Assembly (NCBI GenBank): GCA_907165135.1
Contig: OU015567.1
Location: forward strand, 10,044,001 to 10,108,000
Direction: 5' to 3'
Source: Oikopleura dioica
Taxonomy: Eukaryota; Animalia; Chordata
DNA length: 64,000 bases
Shown here: positions 13,001 to 24,780 of the stretch, in pieces
Layout: each line of letters starts with the position of its first letter
Numbering within the stretch: the first letter of the stretch is position 1
The notes under the pieces: generated by a model
Database searches by the model: none
Told to the model about the DNA's origin: nothing
The model's input: only the letters and a program-made list of their open reading frames with translations
Program-made: the position numbers and the translations under genes

Positions 13001-16000
13001 GTAGTTTGGTGGATGCAAAATCATTCAAAGCTGAGTGACTCTGTATTGTTTTTTGTTGGAGAACTTGCTGTAAATATGGAAGAGCTATTGGAGGCTAATT
13101 TGATGGAGCTTGTAAAAACTGGTGATATTCATCACGAAGATATGAGGTATAAACTTACTCTAAGACATTAAACTGATATGTTTAGAGTGGCGTTCTTCCG
13201 ATTGATCAGTTTACTGTCAGAATATGGCTCAATCTTTGAGCAGGTTCTTTCAGAAATTGAAAATCCGCTGACTTGGTGGCTCGCTTCAAAAGCTTCTTCT
13301 GAAGAAGCAATTATTTGTCTTCCTACTTTATCTAACTCTTGCGATCTTTTACATTCCATCGTGGCAGAGTTGGAATTCTTTGAATTTGACGAACTTTCGA
13401 AAGAGAAGTTGGATGTGATCATCGAAGTTTTGCAGAAGAAAGAAATTGTCAGTGTCCCTGAAGGCGCACTGGTTCTTTGGTCGAAGAGAGAAGAGGTTTT
13501 CGGAGATGAGTTCTTGAAGGTCATTTTTTCGACAGAAAACGCGGAAGGCTTGATATCAAGTGATCTTTGGAGAATCTTCGAGGAATCGAGAGAAAATGCA
13601 TTTCTCCGCATTCTCGGGAAAATAGAAGAGTATTCTTCGGAGACTGTTCTCGCTGAAATCAAAAACACGATTGACTCGTGGGAGGATAATTTCACGATTT
13701 TTACTAACTGCGAAGAGGATCAGATTCGAACTTCTTTGGAACTTCTATTGGAGACAAATTCATTCGCTAGAAAAGCAGAAAATTATCTCATTGAAGCGGA
13801 AGACGACATTAGATTTGTCATGTTGCTCAAATTTTTAGAAGAACGTGGTGATTTAGACATCATTTCTAATCCGCTTTCACTGGCATTTCATCGTGCTGAA
13901 TTAATTCAAAAAGCAGATGTAACGCTCAGCATAGATGAGAATGAAGAGGACGACTTCAAGTCTTTCTTTGACGAAATTTCTACCAGTGAAAATATAACAA
14001 GAGCATTTGAAGCCGCAGAAATATTGCGGGACCAAAAAATTGGCGGCTTTCTGAAGAGCGAACTACAAAAGCGAGTTCGACTTTCAGTAGCAGTAAAGGC
14101 CGAGCACGAGCCTGAAAAACTCGTCAAACTGATTCTTGAGCATTCAAACGAAGAAACTGAGGTTGCATATTTCTTCGATGATCACAAAGAGGCAAATACT
14201 ATTCCTGACGTTGAAGATATTTTAGTTATCAGTACAAATGTTTCAAATCGGGATAATTTTATTAGCATGCTCTCTGCAAATATAGAAAACCCCTTTTCAT
14301 GGGGAATATCAAGCGTTTCTGGTGATAACTCTTCATGCCTCGTCCCGCTCATTGCCGCCTCGTCAAAAAGCATCAAAGAAGAAATCACTGAGTTCTTTTC
14401 TGAGGAATCGATCGTTCTTTCTTTCGAAGAGAACTCAACCACAAAAGTAGATCCGGTGATGATAGAAGAGTGCATCGTTAATTTTTACAAAGAGATGCCT
14501 CAAAACATCAGGAGTTTCTTCGAAAAAACAATCTTCTCAAAAATCGTCGAGGACAAGAAAGTCGATTGGATGGAAACGCAGCTAGGAGAAATCGCACTTT
14601 CAATCTTTGACAAATCCACTCCTGCTCAAGAACTAAAAATTTCATTTACCGCGCTTCTGAATCGACATGGAGGAAGCTTTGAAACAATGAAGAGGATTTT
14701 CGATCAACTCAAAATGAAGCACCTGAACGAAGTAATCGGCGACATGGTTTTGGCAGAGAAGTTTTTGATGAAATACATCGAGATCGTGATTCTAAGCTCC
14801 TTCGTTGGAGACAACAAGGACTCATCAGTCATGGAGAATATTTTAGAAATACAGCCTGAGTTTTTCAGCCAAAAAGAAAGAAGTATCGCGTTTCAGTCAT
14901 TGTCGAAAAAAGCAAAGTCCTCGAAGATATTTTCAAAGTTTAGTGATAGCGGTGGTAAACCTGGCGTCTTTCTTCGAACAAATGAAGACATTGAACTAAA
15001 AAAAGACGATCAACTTGCTCAATTTTTGAAACAAACGGTTGTCAGTCACTATCATCTCTCTGAAGAAAAGGAAGACATGAACGAGATCCCGAATGTCTCT
15101 CTTGATTCCATCCTTGGTGTTGGAAAGATGAGCTTTGTAACCATCGGCCGCGTGACTTGCGAAGAAGAGTTGGCTGAACTCAAAGTCAAAAATATCAAAG
15201 GCTCCGTTCTCAAAGTATTCATCAAGCCTTACTCCCGGTCTTCTTTGCTGAAACTCGAGGATTCTAGCGTTGAAAAATTCCTCGAGCCCCTCAGTGGGGT
15301 GAAATTCAGTGACATCGGCGGAACGACCCGTGGGTTTGTTCTTCAGACAAAGTTTGACATGAATCTTGGTCAATTTTTGGAGAAAAAAGGGTGGCTCTTC
15401 AAAGAAGACGCGCCAACCCTAGAATCACGAGTTTTCTTACTAAAGAAGATCTTGGAAGCAATTGGATATCTTCACGAGAATAATATCAATCATTTGAATT
15501 TGAAGCCCTCCAATGTTCTAATTACGCAAGATCTGGCGGGAAGAAAAACTGCTTTGGACGTCTGCGTCCGCGATTTACGGTAATCCCGTTACTCTTGTGT
15601 GGATATTTTAATTTTTCTAGTGACAACAATTTGAAAAAGAACGAAATGATGCTCTGCCCAGGTTTTACATCTCCTGAGCAATTTATCTCCTCAACCATTT
15701 CTGAAACTTCCGATTTGTATCCGATCGCACGATTAATCCTCTTCTGTCTCCTTGACAATCATCTATTCTGGTTCCTTTGCTCAAGGCCTAACACCCGCGA
15801 GGTCCTTCAAGATCATCTCGACGGACTTGAACAGCTTCCAGAACTCATGTTCTGCGTCAAGCAGAATTTAAGCATGTCCAGCGACTTTAGGCAAAATTCT
15901 GTTCAGCAATTAAAATCAAAATTGCCATCGATGCTTGGCGAGCTCAAGCATGCTTCGCCGAGATTGAAAGAACTTTTTAACTTCAGGAATGATTTTCAAA

Positions 16001-16794
16001 AAGCGAATAACTTATTCCGAATAAGGATTGCTTGTTTAAGAGCGTATTTTGAAAATCACCAAAGACCAATTCTAAAAGTGCCAAATTCTCTTTGGGCTGG
16101 AACGCTCACGGGTCCATCTCTTCCAGAGCGCATTTCAATCTTCCTCGAGAACCTAAACGATCCCAGTATATCGTCAGAGTGCAACGATACTTATCTCAAA
16201 CTGTCCTACTTCGTGTGCTATTCCTTCAAAGCTGCGGTCGACAAAGAGCTTTCACCGAAAGGAAAACTCTGGACGATCGAGAATATAATGCTGCTTTTCA
16301 CTGGCGCAATTTATGACGAAAAATGTTTCACATTCGTCACTTCTCAATACGCCAAAAAGGATCTCAATCTTTTCCGAATTCTGAGAAGAATGATGGAAAT
16401 GCTTTGCTTCGGCTCATTAGTCCAGAACGCTCCCTGGGTGGATGTGATAGAAATGCTCAATAAGGATCGGCCAACGAGCACTAGAAAAGTTCTAGAGCTC
16501 AGGCAGACTATGGTCAAGGAAGGCAATGAATTGTGCTTCGAAGTTCCTGTTGTGACGATGACAGCTGAGAAAATAGCAATGATTTCTCTGCAAAAGAAAA
16601 TGACGCTTGTTCAGAGGCAGAAGGAAATTTGCCTTGAGACAGAGAAAGAAATTGATATCATAAAGGTACTGATTCTTTTTGAATTGGGAAATCATCATTT
16701 CTAGTGCCTGAAAATCGACAGTTTGATAAGAGACCAGACCAAATGCGAAAACTTTTCCCTGAACGAAGAATGCTTATATCTTCAATTTTCATAA
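10086..16794 (+). CDS. ~2000-aa protein: N-terminal ankyrin repeats, array of NPxxWW repeats, C-terminal pseudokinase region
   Basis: Long collinear ORFs (10961-12577, 13178-15583, 15595-16704). Ankyrin-like QDANGFTAMYW and NRWDKTPLFAA. Kinase motifs LGVGKMSFV, VFIK, YLHENNINHLNLKPSNVLI, GFTSPEQ, TSDLY. Some junctions (about 10500, 10850, 12550, 12950) are unresolved. Confidence 0.8.
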
Positions 16795-19459
16795 CGCTGC
16801 TATAAATATACCGCTGCTATACGATATTTCTAGTAATAAATAAAATTCTGACGAGCTCAGCCTAAAAGTCCAATCAGCGTTGTTAACCGCGCGGTCGATC
16901 AACGCCGGTACACTCCACAACGTGTGATGCCTTTTTTAGATTATGTTTAATTTTCGGCCAAGTGCCCGTTCTCACATTCTAATTTCCACCCGTTTACAAA
17001 CATAATCGCCCCAGTTGCACATTTATGAACCACGTGGACCGTGTGGCAATTTTCACAATTTTGCAAGATCGTAAAAAATTGTCATCGGAATGCGACAATT
17101 ACAAGCAGTTCCTCGTTCACCGTATTCGATTGACGCACACGTGGCTGATGAAAAAGAATTCCAAAAGACGCAAAAAGGGATTATTGACGGTTTTGTGATG
17201 CAAAAGTCGGAAGTAAAAAAAGAGGCCCACAGGGATTTCCGACAGAAACATGTGTAAAAATACGTATTCTTCCAGGGGTTAAAGACTGTGGTTGATTTTA
17301 GATCCTTACTTACTGCTTCAAACTCTACTTTGAATAAGAAGAACTTTAAAAAGCCTCTTTGAAATAACGTTTTTTGGAGCACGCTCTCCAAAGAAATCGA
17401 ATCATGAATTTTAAAGTGAGGATTTCGTGCGTTTTCGGTTTTCCGCTGAATACTATTTCGTCAAAATTCACACTTTTTTAAATCAATTGGTGGTCCACTT
17501 GCACCACGCAGCGCATTTCAAACGAACCCTTTCTTCGTTTCTATCACTTTCCGATTCGCTCGTTTGTTTTAAGCTGAGTTGGATAATCCTTTTTATGTAT
17601 ACCTTTTTGAGCCTCTTTTCTCGGGCGCTATTACAAAGGTTCAATTTTCCTGACTAAATATTTAATCGAGTCTACTTTCACGTTTCACGTTTCTGTAGAA
17701 CTTCTTTCTTATTTCGATCTGACAGCAGCAGCAAAATATTTTCAGCGATAAAAGCGCCGCGCAGATCCAAGTTCAAAGGAAAAGAACTGCCGTAAAATTT
17801 GGGTACTTATCCGCGTGTATTTAGACTGTTGCCGATAAAGGACTGTCAAACAAAGTCGGGAAATGGGAGCTACTGATTGTGATTGAACGGTTAAGCACTT
17901 TGTCAAACGACAGTTTATCGGAAGCCGCAATTAGGGCCGAGAAAAAATAAACGCGTGGTCTTCCACACACACGTGTCCAGATTTTGAGGGACAAATACAG
18001 CTTGATTTACTCCTTGACCCCTTCTCAGAATATCTACTGAACCAAAAGAGATTCTAAAAGTTCCTTTTTCTACAATCTTTAATGCAGGGAGCACCTTACA
18101 CGATCGAAATTAGACATCGTATAAGAATAAGTCGTGTAGGTCATCCGAAGCGTAGCCGCAGCTGAATCGTTTCCGTGATCGACATGACGTCCTTTTCCTC
18201 TCACTTTCCAACACCAGTTGCAATCAATTTTCGCTTTCCGAAATCGAAAGTTCAAACTTCAGCAAAAGGAAACAATGAGGCTGACCGCAAAGAGGATCAA
18301 TCTTTCAGAAAAACGGGCGCACGTTTCTTACAGTCACCGAATCAAGAAATATTAAGAAGCCGCTATTCAACCGCCAGCTTTTTCTTAGTAAATAAAGCCT
18401 TCATTGTACTTATCATTGATACCGTGTCAACTAATGTTGACTTGTCATCTGAGGGGAGAATGATAAGGTTCAATTTTCATTCCCTAACTGTGAGCACCAC
18501 GAAATCACCGAGTCGGATTTCTTTTGAATTATGATATCTCACGTTTGCAAAAGGATTTTTACGGATCGTCATTCTTCCTGAAATCGACCAAAAACCGCGT
18601 TTTTCTTTATTGAAATAAACAGCGAAGTTCAAGCGTTGAACTATTTATTTTCAAATTTTGAGAGTCTTCGTTTATCTTTCCTTTCGATTTTTCTTTCTAT
18701 CTGAAAATCAGTTTGCACCCTTGTTTGATGATAAGGAACTCCCGCCGAGTTTGATCCAAAATTTGAGATCCCGTATCTCATGTTAGAGAATTAAAAAAGT
18801 GACACGTCTAGGATTATAATTACGAATCATAATTGGAGTGCAAAGTTTGTAACACACTCGTTTTCAATAAATTCAGTTGAAGCTAATGGCCGGCTGATGA
18901 TAAACAAGGTCAAACTTGCAGACATTCTTTCAATCGAATGTTACCGGCGCTAATAAAGAATAGAAACAGCATCACAAGTTCCGACGAATTTCTAAAAAGA
19001 AAAGATGGAATTTTCTTTCGCTAAGCGAGAAACAGCCAGGGTCAAGTAAAAAGACGACAAAGGCCCCTCGCCCGTCCGATCATGCAGACTTATCCGTATT
19101 ATTTACGTTCTTTCACGTTTTCATGCATCAGCCGGCTGTCAATTCGTGCACTTGAGAGCGAAACGTGTTTCAGGGCTTGACTTCCTTTTAACGACTCGAT
19201 ATGCCGTGTTCGACTACTTCCGTGTTTGTAATTGAATGAGTACACAACGTTGACACAAATCTTTGTACTGATGTTCTTCGAAAATGAAGAGATGGTTAAA
19301 TTAGCTCTGGTTTTATTTGAAACGATTTTAGCCCTGAAATGCGTCGGGCCTTTGGAATTCAACTGCAAATACAACTGTAGATATGGTTAGGTTATTGGGA
19401 CTATATTTATTTAAGGACTTAAAATGTTTTAGAATTCATGAAAAACATGAGGAACAAAA

Positions 19460-20893
19460 TGTTGTGGATATGCATTTGCTGCGATGCGAAAAGATTGACT
19501 CTAGTTTTGCGAATTGTAAAAATTTAATATTAGCGGCATTTTTGTAGCAAGCGGTCTGGCAGAGTGAACAGAAAAGTGGCCGAGGCCAAGCGAAAGTTAT
19601 TTTGAACAGGTGCGGCGAATCTCCTTTCCTTATTTGGAGATGAGCAAAGCGAATCCACAACATCCCCCAGATTCGGGTGCAGCATGTGATGAGTAGAATT
19701 TTCGCGCGAAGTTTGCAGATTTGATAAAGTCCACCAATGTTCAAATATTCTTTTCTGATCGCGGATTAATTTTATAAAGCTTATTTTTATTTGCGCGATT
19801 TGATCTTCTATGCGGGCACGGTAGTTTGCGGCGTACCAGAAGAAATAGCTGTAAATGCAGTGGGAATGAAACCCAATCGGTTGTGTGTTGCTGTAGCTGT
19901 GCTGTGGGAATGATACCCAATTAATTTTTGCAGATTTTTGAGCTGTGCAGAAGCGGAATGATACCCAGTTTTCCATGCGGGGTCCAGTCTGTATCATTTA
20001 TGCGGTTGCAAGAGCAGAATTGAAGTCCGATTTCCAATGCGCTGACGGCGATTAACTTATTTTTTGACGAGAAGAGATAAATTTTATATAATTTTGCGAT
20101 ACTCCCTTCCCCCCAGTTAATCGTCGGGTAATCGGTTTTTTGTAGGCGGCTTGTAGCAATTTAAAATTTGTAGCGATTTCATTGGAAATTCGTTCAGCTG
20201 AAATTCGTCCAAATGCTTGCTTGGAATTTCGTTCGGCTGAAGATTCGTCCAACGGCAAAATTTATTGGAATTCGTCTAGCAAGAATTCGTCCAAAAGCTT
20301 TAATGGAAATTCGTCTCGCTAGAAATTCGTCCAAAGGCGTGCGATCCACAACGGTAAAATAAATAAAGGAAATCCACCAGTGAGCTAGTCCACCAGCGAA
20401 TAAATCCAAAAAAGTTCCCAAAATAATGACGACAGTGCAGATTTATCTGTAGCCATTGCGGGGATTTACTTACAGGAGGTTTTTATTTTCGTTTTATCTG
20501 GAACCAATTTCTTGTTTGATCCACAGATAGCATCCTGAAACCAATTTCGTTGTTTGGTGCCAGTTTTCTCTTTTTGCAGCTTTCCTCCAGCGCGGGGTCG
20601 TTAATTCCTGGTACCAATTTCTTGTTTGGTGCCAGTTGATTCTCTTGGAGGTGTCCTCCGTCGCGGGTTCTTCGTGTCCTGGTACCAATTTGTTGTGGAT
20701 ATGCATTTGCTGCGATGCGAAAAGATTGACTCTAGTTTTGCGAATTGTAAAAATTTAATATTAGCGGCATTTTTGTAGCAAGCGGTCTGGCAGAGTGAAC
20801 AGAAAAGTGGCCGAGGCCAAGCGAAAGTTATTTTGAACAGGTGCGGCGAATCTCCTTTCCTTATTTGGAGATGAGCAAAGCGAATCCACAACA
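19460..20893 (-). mobile_element. Non-autonomous LTR retroelement (TRIM-like), 1434 bp
   Basis: Two apparently identical 203-bp LTRs (19460-19662, 20691-20893) bounded by TGTTGTGGAT..ATCCACAACA. 4-bp AAAA duplication on both flanks. PBS TGGTACCAGGA at 20687-20677 and a short purine tract GGGGGA next to the other LTR. No gag or pol. Confidence 0.9.
20183..20340. repeat. Degenerate tandem array of GAAATTCGT(C/T) units inside the LTR element
   Basis: About 8 copies of (G)AAATTCGTC/GAATTCGTC at roughly 20-bp spacing, with a ~40-bp higher-order period. Confidence 0.75.
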
Positions 20894-22029
20894 AAAAGAT
20901 GTTCTGTTCCTCAATGCAAGGCAATTCAAGACGGATGCATGAATAACTGTAGGATTCCGGAATGCCAGGTAGATTTGATATTGATTCTGCATTTAAAACT
21001 AGCTTTATTTTAGCCATTTAAAACTCCGCCTCCAACTACAACTACAGCTCTTGTTATTCAAACTACCCCAAGAATTTCAACAACTCCGAAGAGAAGATGT
21101 CAACTGGGATTTTACGAAATCACCCAAGAGGAAAGCTATAAACCTCTATTTGCCAGATTTGGCTGCGAAGATGGAATTCATCATGGTGAAAATGGATATG
21201 GAGGCACAAGTTATTGTAATTATAATTTCTTCGATTTTCTTCACGGGCCTTACAGTATCTCACGCGAAGGAGATTCGATTATTTGTTCATACAAATGTTA
21301 CGGCTGTTTGCCTGATAAAAATTAATAAATATTTTCGCAAAGAAATCGGAAAGAACTCGTTGATTGATGGAATATTTTCAGCTCACAAATTCGTGAGTGA
21401 CGTTTTGATCAAAAGTGCTGCTCAACGGGAGCTGGTAATTTTCTCCTTCAATTTGGATCGATAACTCTGGCCACTTTTCCAAACAATCCGTTTTTCGTAA
21501 TCCTTGTGGTTCAATAATCTCAGCCTCCGTAACTGCTCGTTATTTGACTCAGCCAAAAACATATGTGGTGTCATAATCACATGATTTTTGTTGCAAGAAA
21601 CGTGAGGGGATCTTCCCAGTTTCGGGAAATGAAATTGATGAAGTGATTCTTTGTTGGATAACCAAAAACCACCAGAATCGCCAAAAAGCCAGCTAGATAA
21701 TAACTAGCCGCGTCAACTTGCATTCTAACGTCCTCTCATTTCGAGCCAGAACGCGAGATAGTTAGCAGCGAGCCGAGAAGACATTATGAACATATAATGA
21801 CATTTGATTAAATCTCCAACGATGTGCAAATCGGATCGCACGAGTCACATTACCTTGACCGACAAATAGACAAACTTTGACAAAACAACTCGTTTTCACC
21901 CGCAAAAACCACTTCAATCGACATTTTTCCACGTTTTCAGTGAACAAGGCGTGCCTCAAAATAGCGGTCTAACAGGCTGACATCCCCTTGAAAACTGTGT
22001 CCAACTTCTAGTCTGGGATTATCCTCAAG

Positions 22030-23500
22030 AGAGCTCGAATCGGGACCACGCTTCCGCTCGGGATCGACTAACGTAAGAACCCGAAGTTTTTTGAAAAAAT
22101 AAGAAACGTCGCTTCCGAAGGATTTTTATCCGATTGTTCTTTTCGAGGAACACCTACAGGAGAATTCGAACTTTTCTCTTCAAAATCTCGATCCAGTAAA
22201 CTATCAGACAATTTGCCCGATTGAATATTGATTTACAGGCTTCATTGAAGATGACCTTGCATATTTACCAATAAAACTTATTACAGGATCAATAATTACT
22301 GTCGATCAGACACTTCAAGGTCATACTTTCGCCGGGCTCTCAATCAGCTGATCCATTCCATTTACAAATTAACCTAAAATGGAGAGCTACTCCGATCAGC
22401 TTATTCTCACTACCGTTTGCCACTCTTGCAGTCAGAGAGCAACATATTTCATCGGCAACGCTTCTTTTTCGAAACAGAGAAAAGACCGAAATTATTTTAG
22501 AAAAGTTCTCAATAAAATCAAAGCGTCTATCTATCTCAAGCACGAGTCGGTTTCTTACTCCACTAACAGGTACTTATCTAAGCTTAAATCAAAGATGGCA
22601 AAAATCTTAAGCACGCTGTCTGAAAATTACGAAAGGATGAACATTTCTGACATGGAAACTCAAAACGCGCCGGAAGGAGACTTGATCGCCGACCACCTCA
22701 GTGAAGAAACATCGCGAGAAGCTGAACTTGATTCGAGCATGATGCAGGTTAGCTCAGAAAAAACTGCCCTCTTATCGTTTTCAGATGGAAGCAGAAGGAG
22801 AATTAGATCCAGACAGTCTCAGCTCGGATTCCTGTTCTGATGGCTCTTGCGAAGAAGACCTGGAACACTTGGAGGCAGAAAATAATGACAATCAGATGAA
22901 TCAAGCTTCTGCAGGCTCAGATATGTCCGCTTCTGGACTCGGCGAGGATATTATATACTCTGAGTCGGATGAAAATACCTCTGATATTGTCGATGAAATT
23001 GACGGCTACTGCAAAGTCCAGGACTGCTACGAATATGAAGAGACCTTGACAGTTTCTCAGGGAGGTTCAAAATTATTTTTTTTTTCATTCAAAAACAATT
23101 GCTTTTCGAACCCTAGAAAGCCTGAGTCGGACAACTACTGTGGCGAATTCGGCCAAATTTGCTCGGACACTTCACTTTCCATCTCCGACTGGTCTTTCGG
23201 TCCAGATCAGAGCATAGGTACCTATGTCGATTTTGCTCAATAAATTTCTTGATTTCTTGATCTTGGAAGACACTGTTTCTGAAACTACAAGCCTGCTTGA
23301 CTCGGCGGAACTATCAGAAGAGCGACACAGAACATACGTGTAAAATTCTGTAGAAAATAAAATTTGATGAAGTTGTTAAATCCTAATTCGCAAATTTAGA
23401 ATGCTCCGACAACTATTTTGTGAAAATCTGTCGTAGCACCATTAACGAAGTCATCATATCTAAATTTAGCCTGCAATCGAGGAAAAGTTAGCGTAAACAC
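22030..23500 (+). CDS. Uncharacterised acidic/Ser-rich multi-exon protein (possibly degenerate)
   Basis: ORFs 22379-22840 and 22785-23243 are joined by a GTTAG..TTTCAG intron. D/E/S-rich. Flanking exons are unclear. Confidence 0.4.
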
Positions 23501-24490
23501 CTGCAAATCCATTTGGCCGCTGAAAGCCAATATTTGTGAGCTCGTTTTCGACGTCCTTGACCGGAAAACAGCGACATAATCGACTACGCATTAGCCAAAT
23601 GATTTTTGACTAAATTTCAAAGAAAAAAACAATCGAGTTTTCTTTTCTCGATGCACCTTTTTATCGGATTAAAAGACCTTTATTTAATGAAAATTATCCG
23701 CTGCTGGATTATTCCACGTTTTGGGCGAGTGATGAAAATTTAATGTGAATTCTTCGGAACAAACCTCTTGCCGGCGTACGTTGCGTTTCGCTTTTGATGC
23801 TCTTTTCATTTGAAACAAATGCCGGAATAATATTTTCACGAGCTGACTGGAGCTGACAGCGTTTACAGAAATTCTTTAATTGAAATTGCCTATTAATACC
23901 TGCGTCTAAAGACGAGACCGTTGCAGTAAAAGTAGAGCTGTCAAATAAAGCACCCAACTAACGGATGAGCCCGTCAAGCGAAAGTTTACATGTGAGAAAA
24001 TTTATTTTAATTCATGCGCTCATCCAAGGCGGGGTTGCCGATTCGGTCACAAAAAGTGATGTGAGGCCACGTTGACTGATAGGGGGATCATGTCTTCTGA
24101 TATAATTATCCGGGTACTCAATCGATAGCCCGGTCACTACTCGCCGCTAAATACCGTTTTCGTAAAAGAAAAAATAGCTTTGAAACTGACATCATCATAA
24201 ACACATATCTTGAGAACTGATAAGCTCGGCTTTCCAAGATTGGCAAAAACGAAATCTCCAAAAGCATCGAAAAAGGCAGAATCGAGCTAATGCTATCGTA
24301 ACGAGCCGATTCTAGTGATTGGGAGAGATTCTGTTTCACTTCTATTTCACCCACTTTTTTCGATTGAAGATGACCGGAAATGAAGACACGTTGGAATTAT
24401 ACCTTCTGATCAAAAGGAATAAACACCATAAATTAACAATCGAGCTGATAAGGCAGTCATGATTTTGGAGTTTTATCATCGGGCGCGTAA

Positions 24491-24590
24491 CACCTCTGTT
24501 TTACTGTACTTACAGTAGAACAAGGTGGGAGTCGAGTGAAAATCGCTTACTGCGATTTCTCAATTTTTAGCGCTACTCAAGGGTAGCTGC
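24491..24590 (+). ncRNA. Putative Sm-class small RNA, copy 1
   Basis: Stem-loop 24491-24527, stem-loop 24540-24558, Sm-like AATTTTTAG 24562-24570, terminal stem-loop 24572-24587. Confidence 0.5.
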
Positions 24591-24679
24591 AACTGAATAA
24601 TGAGGAACTGAACATCATAAAAAGGACTCTGATGGAATCGGTCTGCCGAATTTCGGACGATTCATTGATGGTGTGAGTC

Positions 24680-24780
24680 CCGTCTTTGTTTTACTGTACT
24701 TACAGTAGAACAAGATGGTGGCAGAGTGAGGGGAATCGCTTGCAGCGATTCCAATTTTTTGAGCTACCTACGGGTGGCAG
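24680..24780 (+). ncRNA. Putative Sm-class small RNA, copy 2
   Basis: Stem-loop 24680-24718, perfect 9-bp stem 24732-24752, Sm site AATTTTTTGA 24753-24762, terminal stem with c(UACG)g tetraloop 24763-24778. Confidence 0.55.

Noticed and set aside
21966-21975. GTCTAACAG resembling the 3' end of the larvacean spliced leader
   Set aside because: Only 9 nt match; the upstream leader sequence and a GT donor are absent.
24050-24105. Possible C/D-box snoRNA (GTGATGT..CTGA..CTGA)
   Set aside because: The C box is imperfect, there is no terminal stem, and the unit is too short.
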